Source of the DNA: Vulcanimicrobiota bacterium
Lineage (GTDB): Bacteria; Vulcanimicrobiota; Xenobia; Xenobiales; JADMJV01
Reading direction: 5' to 3'
NCBI GenBank assembly: GCA_050250895.1
Contig: JBFWNU010000001.1
Span: 2,564,891 to 2,628,890, forward strand
Length of the DNA stretch: 64,000 nt
Shown piece after piece: positions 9,940 to 20,521 of the stretch. Every line of letters begins with the position of its first letter. The first letter of the stretch is position 1. Below the pieces are notes generated by a model. That model saw nothing but the letters and a program-made list of their open reading frames with translations, was not told where the DNA came from and searched no databases. Both the position numbers and the translations under genes were made by a program.

Positions 9940-9944
9940 TCAAT

Positions 9945-10538
9945 TTGGTGGAGCCGGGCAAGAAAAAGTCAGAACGAACTCGCGAGGCGATTCTAGAATC
10001 GGCTCGCCGCGCTTTTCTAAGACAAAGTTACGACCAGGTGGGGGTGCGCGAGATCGCCGCCGAGGCGGGTGTCAACGCGGCCCTGGTCAACCGCTACTTC
10101 GGCTCCAAGCAAGGCCTGTTCGCCGAGGTGCTGGACTCGGGTACCGACTATGACGAACTCTATCAGGCTGCGCCTCACGAGCTCGGCCAGCAGCTAGCCC
10201 GTTTCTTGATCGAGGGCGAGTTGACCACTCGCAGCGGCAAACGCCTGCCCTACGATCCCGATCGATTGATGCTTTACGTTCGCTCCATCGGTTGCCCCGA
10301 GGCCACCGCCATCCTGCGCGAGCGGCTGGCCCGCAAGATCACGGGGCCCATGCTGGATTGTCTGCCCGAGCCGGGTCGGCAAGAGAAGGCGGCCTTGATC
10401 ACTTCTCACCTTTTCGGCTTTTTACTCATCCACCGCGTGGTCGGTGCCGCCTGTGTGGTGGCCGCCGACAAAGACATTCTTCTCGACCAGCTGGCCACCA
10501 GTCTACAGGCCATCATCGATTCTGGGAGCAAGCCATGA
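9945..10538 (+). CDS. TetR/AcrR-family transcriptional regulator
   Basis: VREIAAEAGVNAALVNRYFGSK HTH; start codon uncertain (TTG 9945 or GTG 9948). Confidence 0.92.
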   Translation: MVEPGKKKSERTREAILESARRAFLRQSYDQVGVREIAAEAGVNAALVNRYFGSKQGLFAEVLDSGTDYDELYQAAPHELGQQLARFLIEGELTTRSGKRLPYDPDRLMLYVRSIGCPEATAILRERLARKITGPMLDCLPEPGRQEKAALITSHLFGFLLIHRVVGAACVVAADKDILLDQLATSLQAIIDSGSKP

Positions 10539-11845
10539 AAAAGACTTACCTTCTCCTCATCCTTTTGCTGCTCGGCGGCTGCGCCAAAGAACAGGCCAAG
10601 CAAGCTCCGGCGGCGCCGCCTCCACCCGAGGTGACGGTCGAGGCGGCCCGGCGCGAGTCGGTGTCGGTCTATGACGACTACACGGCCGAACTCAAAGCCA
10701 ACGAGGTGGCCGAGGTGCGAGCCCGGGTCGAAGGCACCTTGCTCGACTACAGCTTTCGCGAAGGCAGCCTGGTCCAGCAGGGGCAGGTCCTCTTCGCTCT
10801 TGACCCGGGACCCTACCAGGCCGCCCTGTCGGCAGCCAGCGCTCAAGTCTCGCAGGCCGAAGGCCGGCTGGCCCAGGCAGAGGGCACTCTGGCCCAGGCC
10901 CGGGCCGAACTCGAACGGGCCCGCTCTTTGGTCAACCTGCAGCAGGTCACAGCCGAGCTGGCTCGCTCCAAATCCGCCTGGGACGCTGCCCAACGCGAGG
11001 TCGACCGCTATCAAGCCCTGGTCGACCAGGGGGCCGTGCCCAAACAGCGCTACGATCAGGCCGTCGACTCTCGCGATCTGGCCCGAGCCGACTATGAAGC
11101 CGTGCGGGCACGCCTGCAGAACACCAAGGTCGGTGATCAGGCCGATGTGGGGGTGGCCAAAGCCAACGTCGAGTCGGCTCAGGCCGGCGTCGTCTCGGCC
11201 CAGGCGGCCATCAAGTCGGCCCGCGCCGAGGTCGAGAAGGCCCAGCTCAATCTTTCCTATACCACCATTCGCGCTCCCTTCACCGGGGTCATCGGCACCC
11301 TGGGGGTCGACCCCGGCAGCCTGGTGCTGCCGGGCCAAACCCGGCTGGCCACGCTGTCGAATAGCGATCCCATCTATGCCGACTTCGCCATCAGCGAAGC
11401 CGAGTATCTTCGTCTGAGTCGCAGTCAAGGTTTTGACGGCAGCCCCTTCCGGCTCCAACTGGCCGATGGTAGCAAGTATGACGAACCCGGTCGCTTCGTG
11501 CTGGTGGACCGCTCGCTCAATCAGGGTACAGGCACCATCACCGTCCGAGCCAAGTTCGGCAATCCCGACCTGTTATTGCGCCCCGGCGGTTTCGGGCGAG
11601 TCACCATGCTCAAGGAGAAGGTGGCTGCCGCCGTGGTCATCCCCCAAAAGGCCTTGACCAACATCCAATCGCTGGACGCGGTCTTTGTGGTCAAGTCTGA
11701 CAATACCGTGGAACAGCGCCAGATCGAGCTGGGGGCCAGACTAGAGGGCGGCATCGTGGTGAAGAAGGGCCTCGAGCCGGGCGAGCGGGTGGTGGTCGAC
11801 GGGCTTCAGAAAGTGCGGCCAGGAATGGCCGTTCAGGTGCTCTGA
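10535..11845 (+). CDS. RND efflux periplasmic adaptor (MFP) lipoprotein
   Basis: Lipobox LLGGC after ATG 10535 (ATGA overlap with the TetR gene); EVRARVEG, IRAPFTG, GLEPGERVVVDG. Confidence 0.93.
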   Translation: MKKTYLLLILLLLGGCAKEQAKQAPAAPPPPEVTVEAARRESVSVYDDYTAELKANEVAEVRARVEGTLLDYSFREGSLVQQGQVLFALDPGPYQAALSAASAQVSQAEGRLAQAEGTLAQARAELERARSLVNLQQVTAELARSKSAWDAAQREVDRYQALVDQGAVPKQRYDQAVDSRDLARADYEAVRARLQNTKVGDQADVGVAKANVESAQAGVVSAQAAIKSARAEVEKAQLNLSYTTIRAPFTGVIGTLGVDPGSLVLPGQTRLATLSNSDPIYADFAISEAEYLRLSRSQGFDGSPFRLQLADGSKYDEPGRFVLVDRSLNQGTGTITVRAKFGNPDLLLRPGGFGRVTMLKEKVAAAVVIPQKALTNIQSLDAVFVVKSDNTVEQRQIELGARLEGGIVVKKGLEPGERVVVDGLQKVRPGMAVQVL

Positions 11846-14800
11846 TGTCGGCCAAGACCTTTATCCATCGTCCTGTTCTTTCCATCGTCATCGCCATCTT
11901 GATCACCATGGTCGGGGCCCTGGCCGTGCCCAACATGGCCGTGCAGCGCTTTCCCGACCTGGTTCCGCCCACCGTACTGGTGAGCGCCAACTATCCCGGC
12001 GCCAGCGCCGTTACCGTCGAGCAGACCGTGGCCAGCCAGATCGAGCAAGAGGTCAACGGTGCCGAGCACATGCTCTACATGACCAGCAAGTCCTCGAGCG
12101 ACGGCAACTATCAACTCACCTGCAGTTTCGAGGTGGGCACCGATGTGGACCTGGCCGCCGTCGATGTGCAGAACCGCGTCAACCGGGCCACTTCGACCCT
12201 GCCCGAAGAGGTGACGCGCAACGGCATCACGGTGGCCAAACAGTCGACCCAGTTTCTGATGGTGGCCACCCTCTATTCGCCCAACGGCACCTATGACAAG
12301 CTCTTCTTGAGCAACTATGCCTCCATCAATCTGCTCGACCCTCTCAGCCGCGTGCCCGGCGTGGGAGGGGTCGAGGTGCGTTTCGGCGGCGCCGACTACG
12401 CCATGCGCATGTGGGTCAAACCCGACGTGCTGGCCCGCCTGGGGGTCACTGCTGGCGACATCACCGGAGCCCTGCGCGAACAGAACGTGCAGGCCTCGGC
12501 CGGCAGTATCGGTCAGCCCCCTCAAGCGTCCGGGCTCGACTTTCAATACCCGGTCACGGTCGAGGGCCAGCTCAACACCGTCGATCAGTTCGCCAACGTG
12601 GTGGTCAAGGTCGATGACGACGGCAACATCGTGCGCATTCGCGATGTGGCGCGCACCGAGCTAGGGGCCGAGACCTATGACAGCTTCGGTCGCCGCAACG
12701 GTCAAGAAGCCATCCCCATGATCGTCTTCCAGCGACCCGGAGCGAACGCCCTCGAGGTGGCCACCAAAGCGCGGGCCGAACTCGAGCGGCTCAAGCAGAA
12801 CTTTCCCGACGACGTCGCAGTCGACGTGACCTATGACGCCACTCAGGTCGTCGAAGCCTCGATCCACGAGGTGCTCAAAACCCTCACCGAGGCTTTCATT
12901 CTGGTGGTGGTAGTGGTCTTCACTTTTTTGGGCAACTTCCGGGCCACCCTCATTCCGATTCTGGCGGTGCCGGTCTCGCTGGTGGGCACCTTCGCCATCC
13001 TGTTCGCTTTCGGATTCTCCATCAACACGCTGACCTTGCTGGCCATGGTGCTGGCCATCGGGATCGTGGTCGACGACGCCATCGTGGTGGTCGAGGCGGT
13101 CGAGCACCACATCGAGGAAGGCATGACTCCGCTGGCCGCTACCGAGCAAGCCATGAGCGAAGTGGCCGGACCGGTGGTGGCCATTGCCCTGGTCCTGTGC
13201 TCGGTGTTCGTCCCGGTGGCCTTCCTGGGTGGTCTGGCCGGTCAACTCTATCGCCAGTTCGCCATCACCATGTCGGCGGCAGTCTTGCTGTCGGCGGTGG
13301 TTGCGCTCACCCTCACCCCGGCCCTGTGCCAGATGATCCTGCGCCCGCGCCAGAAGATGTGGGGCCCCTTCGGCTGGTACATCAGCCTATTCGAAGGCTT
13401 CTTCAAACGGGTCGTGGGGGGCTATCGCAGCGTGGTGGCCGTGGCCGTGCGCCGCCTGGTTCTGGTGAGCGGACTGATGGCCCTCGTGTTCTTCGGCGTG
13501 TGGGGCCTCAACCGCGCCCTGCCCACCGGCCTGGTGCCCTCCGAGGACAACGGTTATCTGCTGATCAGCATCAGCCTCCCGCCGGGCAGTGCGCTCGAGC
13601 GCACCGACGCCATCGCGGCTCGGGTCGAGAAGATCGTCATGGACACGCCCGGAGTACGCTCCATGGTGATGATGGGCGGAACCAGCATCCTCACCGGCAG
13701 CCGCGGCCCCAACTATGCCTCCAGCTTCATCATCTTCGACCCCTGGGACGAGCGCTCCGAACACGAATCGGCCGAAGCCATCCTGGGTCACCTCTCGGCC
13801 GAGTTCTCGAAGATTCAAGAGGCTAACGTCATGGCCATCAATCCGCCGCCGATTCCGGGCCTGGGTCGGTCGGGCGGCTTTGTCTTCGAATTGCAAGACC
13901 GCGGGGGCGGCACGCCGGACGAACTCGAGGCCGCCACCCAGGCCTTCCTGGCGGCGGCCCGCCAGGACCCTCGCCTGGTCGGCTTGTTCACACCGTTCTC
14001 GACGGCCGTCCCCGAGATCGCTCTCGATGTCGACCGGGCCAAGGTCAAGGTGTTGGGGGTCAAGCTCGACGAGGTGTTCTCGACGCTGCAGGTCAACCTG
14101 GGCGGTGCCTTTGTCAACCTGTTCAACAAGTTCGGTCGCACCTGGCGGGTCTACGTCCAATCCGAGGCCGAATACCGCCGCACGCCGGAAGACATCGGCA
14201 ACCTCTATGTGCGCGGACGAAACGACGAGATGATTCCTCTGAGCACGCTGACCCACGCTCGTATGACCACCGCTCCCGACCTGCTGCAGCGCTACAACCT
14301 CTATCGCACCGCCGAGATTTACGGCTCGGCCCGGCCGGGCCTGAGTTCGGCCGAGGGTCTGGCGGCCATGGAGGAGTTGGCCCAACAGCACCTCCCCGCT
14401 GGCTATGGCTTCGAGTGGACAGGAACGGCCTATCAAGAGAAGATCTCTAGCGGCCAGCAAACCCAGATTCTGGCTCTGGCCCTGGTCTTCGTCTTCCTCT
14501 TTCTGGCTGCTCTTTACGAGAGCTGGGCCGTGCCGCTGTCGATTCTTATCGGCCTGCCGCTGGGCATTCTGGGGGCCTATCTCGGCTTGCTGAGCATGGG
14601 CTACACCAACAACGTGTATGCTCAAATCGGCATCATTACGCTGATGGGGTTGGCCGCCAAGAACGCTATCCTTATCGTCGAGTTCGCTAAGAACCAGTAC
14701 GAAAAGGGGGGCAAGAGCCTGACCGAGGCAGCCCTGGAGGGAGCCCGCCTGCGCTTTCGCCCCATTCTGATGACCTCGTTCGCCTTCATCCTGGGCGTGG

Positions 14801-14985
14801 TTCCGCTGGCTCTGGCCGATGGGGCCGGGGCGGCCGCCCAGAGCGCGCTGGGCGTGGCGGTGGTGGCCGGGATGACCTTCGCCACCCTCACCGGTGTGCT
14901 GGTCATTCCCGCCCTCTACGTGCTGGTGCAAGGCTTGGCCGAGAGGTTCTCGGGTGGGCCCTACAGCAAGCCTTCCTCGGTTTAG
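11845..14985 (+). CDS. RND efflux permease, AcrB/MexB (HAE1) type
   Basis: FIHRPV, YPGASA, AIGIVVDDAIVVVE, KNAILIVEFA, RFRPILMTS. Confidence 0.96.
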   Translation: MSAKTFIHRPVLSIVIAILITMVGALAVPNMAVQRFPDLVPPTVLVSANYPGASAVTVEQTVASQIEQEVNGAEHMLYMTSKSSSDGNYQLTCSFEVGTDVDLAAVDVQNRVNRATSTLPEEVTRNGITVAKQSTQFLMVATLYSPNGTYDKLFLSNYASINLLDPLSRVPGVGGVEVRFGGADYAMRMWVKPDVLARLGVTAGDITGALREQNVQASAGSIGQPPQASGLDFQYPVTVEGQLNTVDQFANVVVKVDDDGNIVRIRDVARTELGAETYDSFGRRNGQEAIPMIVFQRPGANALEVATKARAELERLKQNFPDDVAVDVTYDATQVVEASIHEVLKTLTEAFILVVVVVFTFLGNFRATLIPILAVPVSLVGTFAILFAFGFSINTLTLLAMVLAIGIVVDDAIVVVEAVEHHIEEGMTPLAATEQAMSEVAGPVVAIALVLCSVFVPVAFLGGLAGQLYRQFAITMSAAVLLSAVVALTLTPALCQMILRPRQKMWGPFGWYISLFEGFFKRVVGGYRSVVAVAVRRLVLVSGLMALVFFGVWGLNRALPTGLVPSEDNGYLLISISLPPGSALERTDAIAARVEKIVMDTPGVRSMVMMGGTSILTGSRGPNYASSFIIFDPWDERSEHESAEAILGHLSAEFSKIQEANVMAINPPPIPGLGRSGGFVFELQDRGGGTPDELEAATQAFLAAARQDPRLVGLFTPFSTAVPEIALDVDRAKVKVLGVKLDEVFSTLQVNLGGAFVNLFNKFGRTWRVYVQSEAEYRRTPEDIGNLYVRGRNDEMIPLSTLTHARMTTAPDLLQRYNLYRTAEIYGSARPGLSSAEGLAAMEELAQQHLPAGYGFEWTGTAYQEKISSGQQTQILALALVFVFLFLAALYESWAVPLSILIGLPLGILGAYLGLLSMGYTNNVYAQIGIITLMGLAAKNAILIVEFAKNQYEKGGKSLTEAALEGARLRFRPILMTSFAFILGVVPLALADGAGAAAQSALGVAVVAGMTFATLTGVLVIPALYVLVQGLAERFSGGPYSKPSSV

Positions 14986-15533
14986 AGGACGGCGAACGAG
15001 TCGGTGATCTTCTCGAGCACCGGCAGCCCGTCGTCCCAGCGCTCGGGCAGGCAAACCTGTAGCACCACCAGTAGCACCTTGGGATGGTCGGGGAACTCGA
15101 TGGCCGTGAAGCGATAGTGGTTGAGAGCTCCATCGCGCTCACCCGAGTAACTGGTGGACACCAATCGGGCTTTGTCGAGTTCCTTGAATTTGGGCGGGCG
15201 GATTTCCTTGAAGTTCTCGCGCTTGGAGGCCATGTCTTTGACCTGGTCATCGAGGGCTGACTCGATGGTGGTCTCTGGCCCGAGGCTTTCTCGGTCGTAC
15301 AAGAACACCCCGGTATTCATGGCCTGGTCGTTGGCCAGAAACTGCAGATCGAAGGGGTGCTTGGACGGGTTGGCGTTCCAATCGCCGGGCAGCTCTACCT
15401 CGACCTTCTCGTCGAGGCCTTCGAGGCTGACGATCTGCTTCTGGGTGGTCGGCGCCGGGGGCTGGGCAATCCCCGAGCAAGCGGCCAGGGCGAACAGTAG
15501 CAAAAGAGCTGGAACGAGTCGGTAGGTCTGCAT
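14982..15533 (-). CDS. hypothetical lipoprotein
   Basis: Signal peptide with lipobox LAAC. Confidence 0.75.
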   Translation of the reverse strand: MQTYRLVPALLLLFALAACSGIAQPPAPTTQKQIVSLEGLDEKVEVELPGDWNANPSKHPFDLQFLANDQAMNTGVFLYDRESLGPETTIESALDDQVKDMASKRENFKEIRPPKFKELDKARLVSTSYSGERDGALNHYRFTAIEFPDHPKVLLVVLQVCLPERWDDGLPVLEKITDSFAVL

Positions 15534-15659
15534 CTTTGGGTTTTCGCAGGCGCGCCCTCGCGGGCCTCCCTGGCCCTGGGTGCGGGGGGTAAATGAAAAT
15601 CAATCAAGGCTAGGCGAGTGCCTCTTGTGTCCGGCGAGATGTCGACTTAGACTGTTTGA

Positions 15660-16505
15660 GTGCGGGATGGTCTGGTCAAATTGCTCAAGGACGCTCGGGG
15701 CAAGCTGCTCGAGCTGGCTGCGGTCGAGGCAGCCCTGGTCTTGCTGCGTGACGATCCGGCCGGGCCGATGCTGGTGCGCGCCGTGCGCGGGGTCGAGGCC
15801 GCCGACCTCGAGAAGGACACCTGCAGCAACCTGTTGCTGGCCGAAGCCGAGGGACATGGACGCTCCGTGATCGTGCTCGACTCGCGTCAGGAGATCCGCT
15901 TCCATAACCGCCTGGTCGACTTTCGTTCGGCCCTGTGCGTGCCCATTACCATTCAGGGTCGAACCAGCGGTTTGCTCTTGGTGCTCAACCGCCAGCAGCC
16001 ACGAGCCTTCGAGGCCGACCATCGACGCCAGGTCGAGGAGTTGGCGGCACAGTTGGCCCACGACCTGGTGGCCCAGGGTTGGGGCGAGGCCGAGCCCGAC
16101 AGCTCCAAGGCGGTCGCACCCAAACCGGTGGCGGTAGCCTCGGGGCGTCCTCGCCTGCTGCTCTTCTTGATGGTCTGGCTGGTGATGTCTGGAGCGACGC
16201 TGGTAGGGCGTCGAGCGGTTTCGGCACCAGCGGCCGAGCCGGTCGTGGTGGTGGAAGGCGAGCTGCGAGCGCAGGGCCACCCGGCCAGCTTTCGCCAGTT
16301 GCGTCAGGCCCAGTTAGAAGTGGGTGGCCAGGCCCTTGGAGGCGGCCAGCTCGAGCTGCTAGGGCAGGGGCGCTTTCGGCTGCGCTGGGCCACCGCCGCC
16401 GACTCGGTGGAACTGCAAGTGAAGGTGCCCGACGTGGGCCAGGCCCGGGCCCGGGCTTCGGTCACCCAGGGCGCCGCCCAGCTCGGCCAACTGCAGTTGC
16501 GCTAA
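15660..16505 (+). CDS. GAF-domain membrane protein
   Basis: RSALCVPI...GLLLVLN...AF GAF motif followed by one TM segment. Confidence 0.7.
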   Translation: MRDGLVKLLKDARGKLLELAAVEAALVLLRDDPAGPMLVRAVRGVEAADLEKDTCSNLLLAEAEGHGRSVIVLDSRQEIRFHNRLVDFRSALCVPITIQGRTSGLLLVLNRQQPRAFEADHRRQVEELAAQLAHDLVAQGWGEAEPDSSKAVAPKPVAVASGRPRLLLFLMVWLVMSGATLVGRRAVSAPAAEPVVVVEGELRAQGHPASFRQLRQAQLEVGGQALGGGQLELLGQGRFRLRWATAADSVELQVKVPDVGQARARASVTQGAAQLGQLQLR

Positions 16506-16870
16506 GGATCCTCTACCAGGGCGTCCTCGAGGATCTCCTCGTAGGCCTCCTGAACGGCTCGAACTTCCTGCTCGATGAGCCTGGCCCGGTCGACCAGAGC
16601 GCGCAGCTGGTCGGCGGGCAGTCCCTCTTCAAAGCCGATCGAGGCCGCCTCGAGCACCTCGGTCATGGCCTCGAGGGCCGAGCGCAAGGTCTGCCAGGCC
16701 TCGAGTTCGCGGGGGTCGTCGGGGCCGGGTCTGAGCTGCTCGACCCCTTCGCGCCAGATGGCCAGACTATCGTCGAGACGGCCCAGGCGTTCGGTCAGCT
16801 CGACCGGTCCCGCCTGGCCGGCCAGATAATCCTCGACCACGCGCGCTAACTGGTCGGCCGGGCCTAGCAT
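16502..16870 (-). CDS. hypothetical helical protein (122 aa)
   Basis: ATG at 16870 (MLGPADQL) overlaps the stop of the upstream regulator; only this 3' part of the listed 350-aa ORF looks coding. Confidence 0.65.
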   Translation of the reverse strand: MLGPADQLARVVEDYLAGQAGPVELTERLGRLDDSLAIWREGVEQLRPGPDDPRELEAWQTLRSALEAMTEVLEAASIGFEEGLPADQLRALVDRARLIEQEVRAVQEAYEEILEDALVEDP

Positions 16871-19149
16871 TTGAGCAGGGCCTTCTGATGCGCGCGCAAG
16901 AGGTCGATAGACGGCTCGACGCCCAGTTCCTTGTGAAGCAGCTTCTTGCAGGCCTCGAACTGGCGGATGGCCTCTTCCGGAAAGTTCAAGTCGACGTTGG
17001 CCTCGACTACGTAAAGGTAGGCCTCCTGGCTGCAGGGGTCGAGTTCGAGGGCTCGCTGGGCATAGTCGAGGGCTTCGAGCGGCTGGCCCGACTGGTGGCC
17101 GTGGCGGGCCAGAGTGATGAGGGCATGCAAGAGCAACCTCTCGACGCGACTGCGCCGGTTGAGGGCCCAGTCCTCGTAATAGCCGTCGAGGTAGGGGCCT
17201 CGATAAAGCTCGGCCATGCGACGATAGGCCCGCAAGGCCGACTCGGGAGTGCCCTCGCGTTCGTAGCGGGTGGCCAGAGTCGAGGCCTTGTCCAGCTCGT
17301 CGAGATCGTGCCAGAAGGGCAGGTCCGGGTTGAATTGCAGGCCGGCCCGGGTGCGCACCAGATAGTTGAGCTCCTCCTTCCAACCGGTCGGACGCAAGTT
17401 GGCTCGCAAGTGAGAAAGGGTGGCCGACAGGTTGCGGCGGCCCCTTTCGAGGTCGTCGGGCCAGAAGGTCTCGAGCAGGATCTCTTCGGCCACCGGGCGG
17501 CCCGAGTGCGAGGCCAGAAAGGCCAGGAAATAGCGGACCTTGTTGCTCTTCCACTGGGTGTTTTCGATGCGCTCGTCGCCGCGAAAGACCTCGAGGGAGC
17601 CCAGCGAATAGACGCGCAGATAGGGCGGGGTGGCCGGTCCGCTCTGCTCGAGACTCTGGCGGGCAGCCTGACGGACCTCTTCGTCGGAATCAAGCGACAG
17701 GTGGCGCAGGGCCTCTTCAGGCCAGTGTCCACCCCAGGGGTTGAGCAGGCGGGCGGCCAGGCGCCGGCCGCGGGTCGAAATCTCGCCGGCCATGATCAAA
17801 CCGTGCAACTCGCGGGGAAACTCTCGCACCAGCAGCTTCAGGTTGTCGTCGTCGGCGGCGGCGTCGGCTTTGAGGTCGAGCAGAAGCGGCAGCAGCCAGC
17901 CCACCGAAGCCTCCAGCTGGCGCAGCTGAGCGGGCGTCACCAGCAGGCTGACGGCTCGGGCCATGGTCTCGGCCGGGACCTCATCGCCCAGCTGGGCTAG
18001 ATTGAGTTGGGCCCGGGCCTGCAGACTGTCGAGTCCGAGGTTGGCCGCCAACTGGCCGGCCCGACGAGCCAGCTCGACGGCCTCGGAGCGCTGGGCTCGA
18101 CCCAGAATCAGGCTGGCGTCGAGAGCGATCTCGCTCTCGGTCTGCGGTCCCAGCGCGGCCGAGCGCTCGACCGCCTGATGGGCTAGCTCGGCCGCCCGGT
18201 CGGGTTGGCGCCGGCTTAGTTCGAGGCGGGCTAGACCCAGTAAGCCTTCCACTGCCAGGCGTGGGCTCTCGCCCTCCGCCAGCTCTTGAAAGCTGTGGGC
18301 GGCGCTATCGAGTTCACCCGCTTGTTCCAGGGTGCGAGCCAGAGAGAACAGGCTTGGTCCCGTCTTGGGGGGCCGGCTGGCCGGCACCGCATCGTCGTCG
18401 TCAGCCCGCTCCAGAGCCTGAGCCACGGCCGGGCTGGCCCCTTCCCTGGCGTCGTTTAGCACCACCCAGGCGAGTTCCAACTCCGGGTCGCCCGGAGGCT
18501 CGCTCTGGCTCAGGCCTCGCACCCAATGGAGGATGGTGGGCGGCAGGCCTTCGAGCAAGAAAGGTGGCGTCTCGAGCCCGGCTTTCTGAACGGCGGCGAT
18601 CAGATAGGCCAGTCGCAATTGGTCCGAGGCCGCCGAGCCCAGCTTTTGAGCGGCGCGGCCCACCAGACGCCCCGACTCGGGCAAACTCGAGCCCTGGGTA
18701 ACCACCGTCTGGGCCAGCGACTCGATAGCCCAGGCGGCGGTGCGCTGAAGGGCCCGCTCGCGTTGCTGCACCTCGAGGGCATGCTGGCGCTTTTTGGCTT
18801 GCTTTTCGACGGCCTCGAGAAAGACCTTGATTTGAAAGGGCTTCTTGAGATAGTCGCCCACTCCCAGGCGAATGGCTCGGATGGAATCTTCTTCGGTGGA
18901 GTAACCGGTGATGACCAGGCTGCCAATGCCGGGGCGATGGCCCTGCACCCCTTCCACCGCGGCCAGACCGTCCATTCCTTCCATGCGCACATCGGCGATC
19001 ATGATGTCGAAGGGATCGGCCCGGGCTGCTTCGACAGCCGCCGCCCCCGACCCCACCGCGGTCACGGCGTAGCCGTTGAGACCCAGAGCTTCGGCCAGCA
19101 ATCCCCGCATCGTGTCATCGTCTTCAAGCAGCAGAATCCGAATCACCAT
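16864..19149 (-). CDS. response regulator with REC, TPR/HEAT-like repeats, winged-helix and BTAD (SARP/AfsR-type) domains
   Basis: ILLLEDD...ADVRMEGMDG...KPF; LRVYSLG...W...NLSATLSHLR wHTH; LYRGPYLDGYYEDW BTAD. Confidence 0.92.
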   Translation of the reverse strand: MVIRILLLEDDDTMRGLLAEALGLNGYAVTAVGSGAAAVEAARADPFDIMIADVRMEGMDGLAAVEGVQGHRPGIGSLVITGYSTEEDSIRAIRLGVGDYLKKPFQIKVFLEAVEKQAKKRQHALEVQQRERALQRTAAWAIESLAQTVVTQGSSLPESGRLVGRAAQKLGSAASDQLRLAYLIAAVQKAGLETPPFLLEGLPPTILHWVRGLSQSEPPGDPELELAWVVLNDAREGASPAVAQALERADDDDAVPASRPPKTGPSLFSLARTLEQAGELDSAAHSFQELAEGESPRLAVEGLLGLARLELSRRQPDRAAELAHQAVERSAALGPQTESEIALDASLILGRAQRSEAVELARRAGQLAANLGLDSLQARAQLNLAQLGDEVPAETMARAVSLLVTPAQLRQLEASVGWLLPLLLDLKADAAADDDNLKLLVREFPRELHGLIMAGEISTRGRRLAARLLNPWGGHWPEEALRHLSLDSDEEVRQAARQSLEQSGPATPPYLRVYSLGSLEVFRGDERIENTQWKSNKVRYFLAFLASHSGRPVAEEILLETFWPDDLERGRRNLSATLSHLRANLRPTGWKEELNYLVRTRAGLQFNPDLPFWHDLDELDKASTLATRYEREGTPESALRAYRRMAELYRGPYLDGYYEDWALNRRSRVERLLLHALITLARHGHQSGQPLEALDYAQRALELDPCSQEAYLYVVEANVDLNFPEEAIRQFEACKKLLHKELGVEPSIDLLRAHQKALLKC

Positions 19150-19199
19150 TCGCGTTTTGACTTGGACGGCATGGCTTCCTGTTCAATGTTTACATTTGA

Positions 19200-19252
19200 T
19201 TTACAACTGGCCGGAGCGACACAACAGACTCACAGCCCGAGCCTCGTAGGAT
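19200..19252 (+). promoter_or_regulatory. regulon promoter copy 1
   Basis: TTTACAA-N12-ACACAAC-agac-TCACAGC-N10-TAGGAT; the same geometry recurs at three other sites. Confidence 0.75.
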
Positions 19253-19308
19253 GAACTCAAGACGACCGGCACAACGGTCGGCCCCAAAACGGAAGGAGAA
19301 CAGAGGCA

Positions 19309-19626
19309 ATGGATGTTAAAGGAGTAGGTTTTGCGTTCGAGGCGAGCATGGGCATCGGTCAGGGTCAGGGACTCAAAGGGTTGGACGGTCCCAATCGCGC
19401 TCCCGAGGGTCACGGCCCCTGCAAGAGCCACCACGGTAAGGGCAATCAGAAGGGGGGCGGCGCCGACAAGATTCTCAAAGCCGTAGCCAAGTTGCTGCAG
19501 GCCGTGGCCGGAGGGGCCGGCGGCGAGGGTGGCGGCAAAGGCTGCGGTTGCAGCGGCGGGCAACTCGGTGGAGCCCCGGGACTGGCCGGTGGAGGCATCG
19601 GGCGGGCCAACCCGTTCCTGGGTTAA
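19309..19626 (+). CDS. small Gly/Lys-rich protein (105 aa)
   Basis: AAGGAG and GAGG upstream, own promoter and terminator. Confidence 0.75.
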   Translation: MDVKGVGFAFEASMGIGQGQGLKGLDGPNRAPEGHGPCKSHHGKGNQKGGGADKILKAVAKLLQAVAGGAGGEGGGKGCGCSGGQLGGAPGLAGGGIGRANPFLG

Positions 19627-19635
19627 GCACAGTTG

Positions 19636-19665
19636 GGGCGGGAGAGACTCTCTCCCGCCCTTTTT
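19636..19665 (+). terminator. intrinsic terminator
   Basis: GGGCGGGAGAG-act-CTCTCCCGCCC followed by TTTTT. Confidence 0.9.
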
Positions 19666-19684
19666 GAGCGGTTAGGAGGGACCG

Positions 19685-20521
19685 ATGGCGACCATGATTC
19701 AGGCCCTTTATGCGGCCTATGGCGGCGAGGAGCACGACGTTCCCCAGGGCAGCTTGCCGCGTTTGTTGGCGCTGGTTGAAGACTGGCTCGAGGGCAAAGG
19801 CGAACGGGAGGAGTTGCTGGGTGCGCTGCAGACTCAACAGGCCGAGCTCGTGCGAGCGGCCCGCCAGACGGTCGTTCAGCCACACCTCGACCCGGGTCTG
19901 GCCGAACTCTTGGGTTTTCAGAAGGAAGTCTTTGAAGAATTGGCCTCCAGCGTCGAGGACTTGCGCTCGGCCGTGGTCTGTCTGGACCCGGCTCTGATCG
20001 AGAGCCAGGCCGCCCGCTTAGAAGACGGGGTGGCCGCCCTGCGAGAGGTGACTGACGAGCTTCACCAGTGGCAAAACACGGGCCAGGTTCGTTGTCTTCG
20101 TTGCGGTCGCGAGGGTTTGGTGTGTCCCCACTGCGGTCTGATGGGATTGGTGGCTGATCTCGAGTGGGAAGGCCGCGAGCATGAGACCGGCCAGCTGGGT
20201 CGGGTAGGAGGCCACCTCTATCGTACGTTTCAGGCGGTGTTAGAAGGAAAGTCTTGCCTCACCAGGTTGCTGCATCAGTTGCAGAGCCTGGAGCCCGAGC
20301 TGGCTCAGGTCGCCCAGCTGGCCACCGAGTGGTGCGGGCAAGAGGCTCTGGCCGACGAGATTCTGGCCGATTTGGTGGCAGTGGAGGACGGCCTGGCGCG
20401 GATGGCGGCCTGCGCCCAGACTCGTCGCTTGACGGATCTGGCGATCGGTTGGGAACTGTTCTTTCGGGCCTGGCGAGACCTGCAGGCGCGCTTGTATCCG
20501 AGCCTGGCCCTGGCCAGTTAG
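19685..20521 (+). CDS. hypothetical helical protein with a central CxxC-x6-CxxC zinc ribbon
   Basis: AGGAGG RBS; RCLRCG...VCPHCG. Confidence 0.75.
   Translation: MATMIQALYAAYGGEEHDVPQGSLPRLLALVEDWLEGKGEREELLGALQTQQAELVRAARQTVVQPHLDPGLAELLGFQKEVFEELASSVEDLRSAVVCLDPALIESQAARLEDGVAALREVTDELHQWQNTGQVRCLRCGREGLVCPHCGLMGLVADLEWEGREHETGQLGRVGGHLYRTFQAVLEGKSCLTRLLHQLQSLEPELAQVAQLATEWCGQEALADEILADLVAVEDGLARMAACAQTRRLTDLAIGWELFFRAWRDLQARLYPSLALAS

Noticed and set aside
13387-15054. Long antisense ORFs (also 8439-9704, 43000-44844, 53148-54875, 48424-49551)
   Set aside because: These are shadow frames of well-supported genes, expected at high GC3, and show no motifs.
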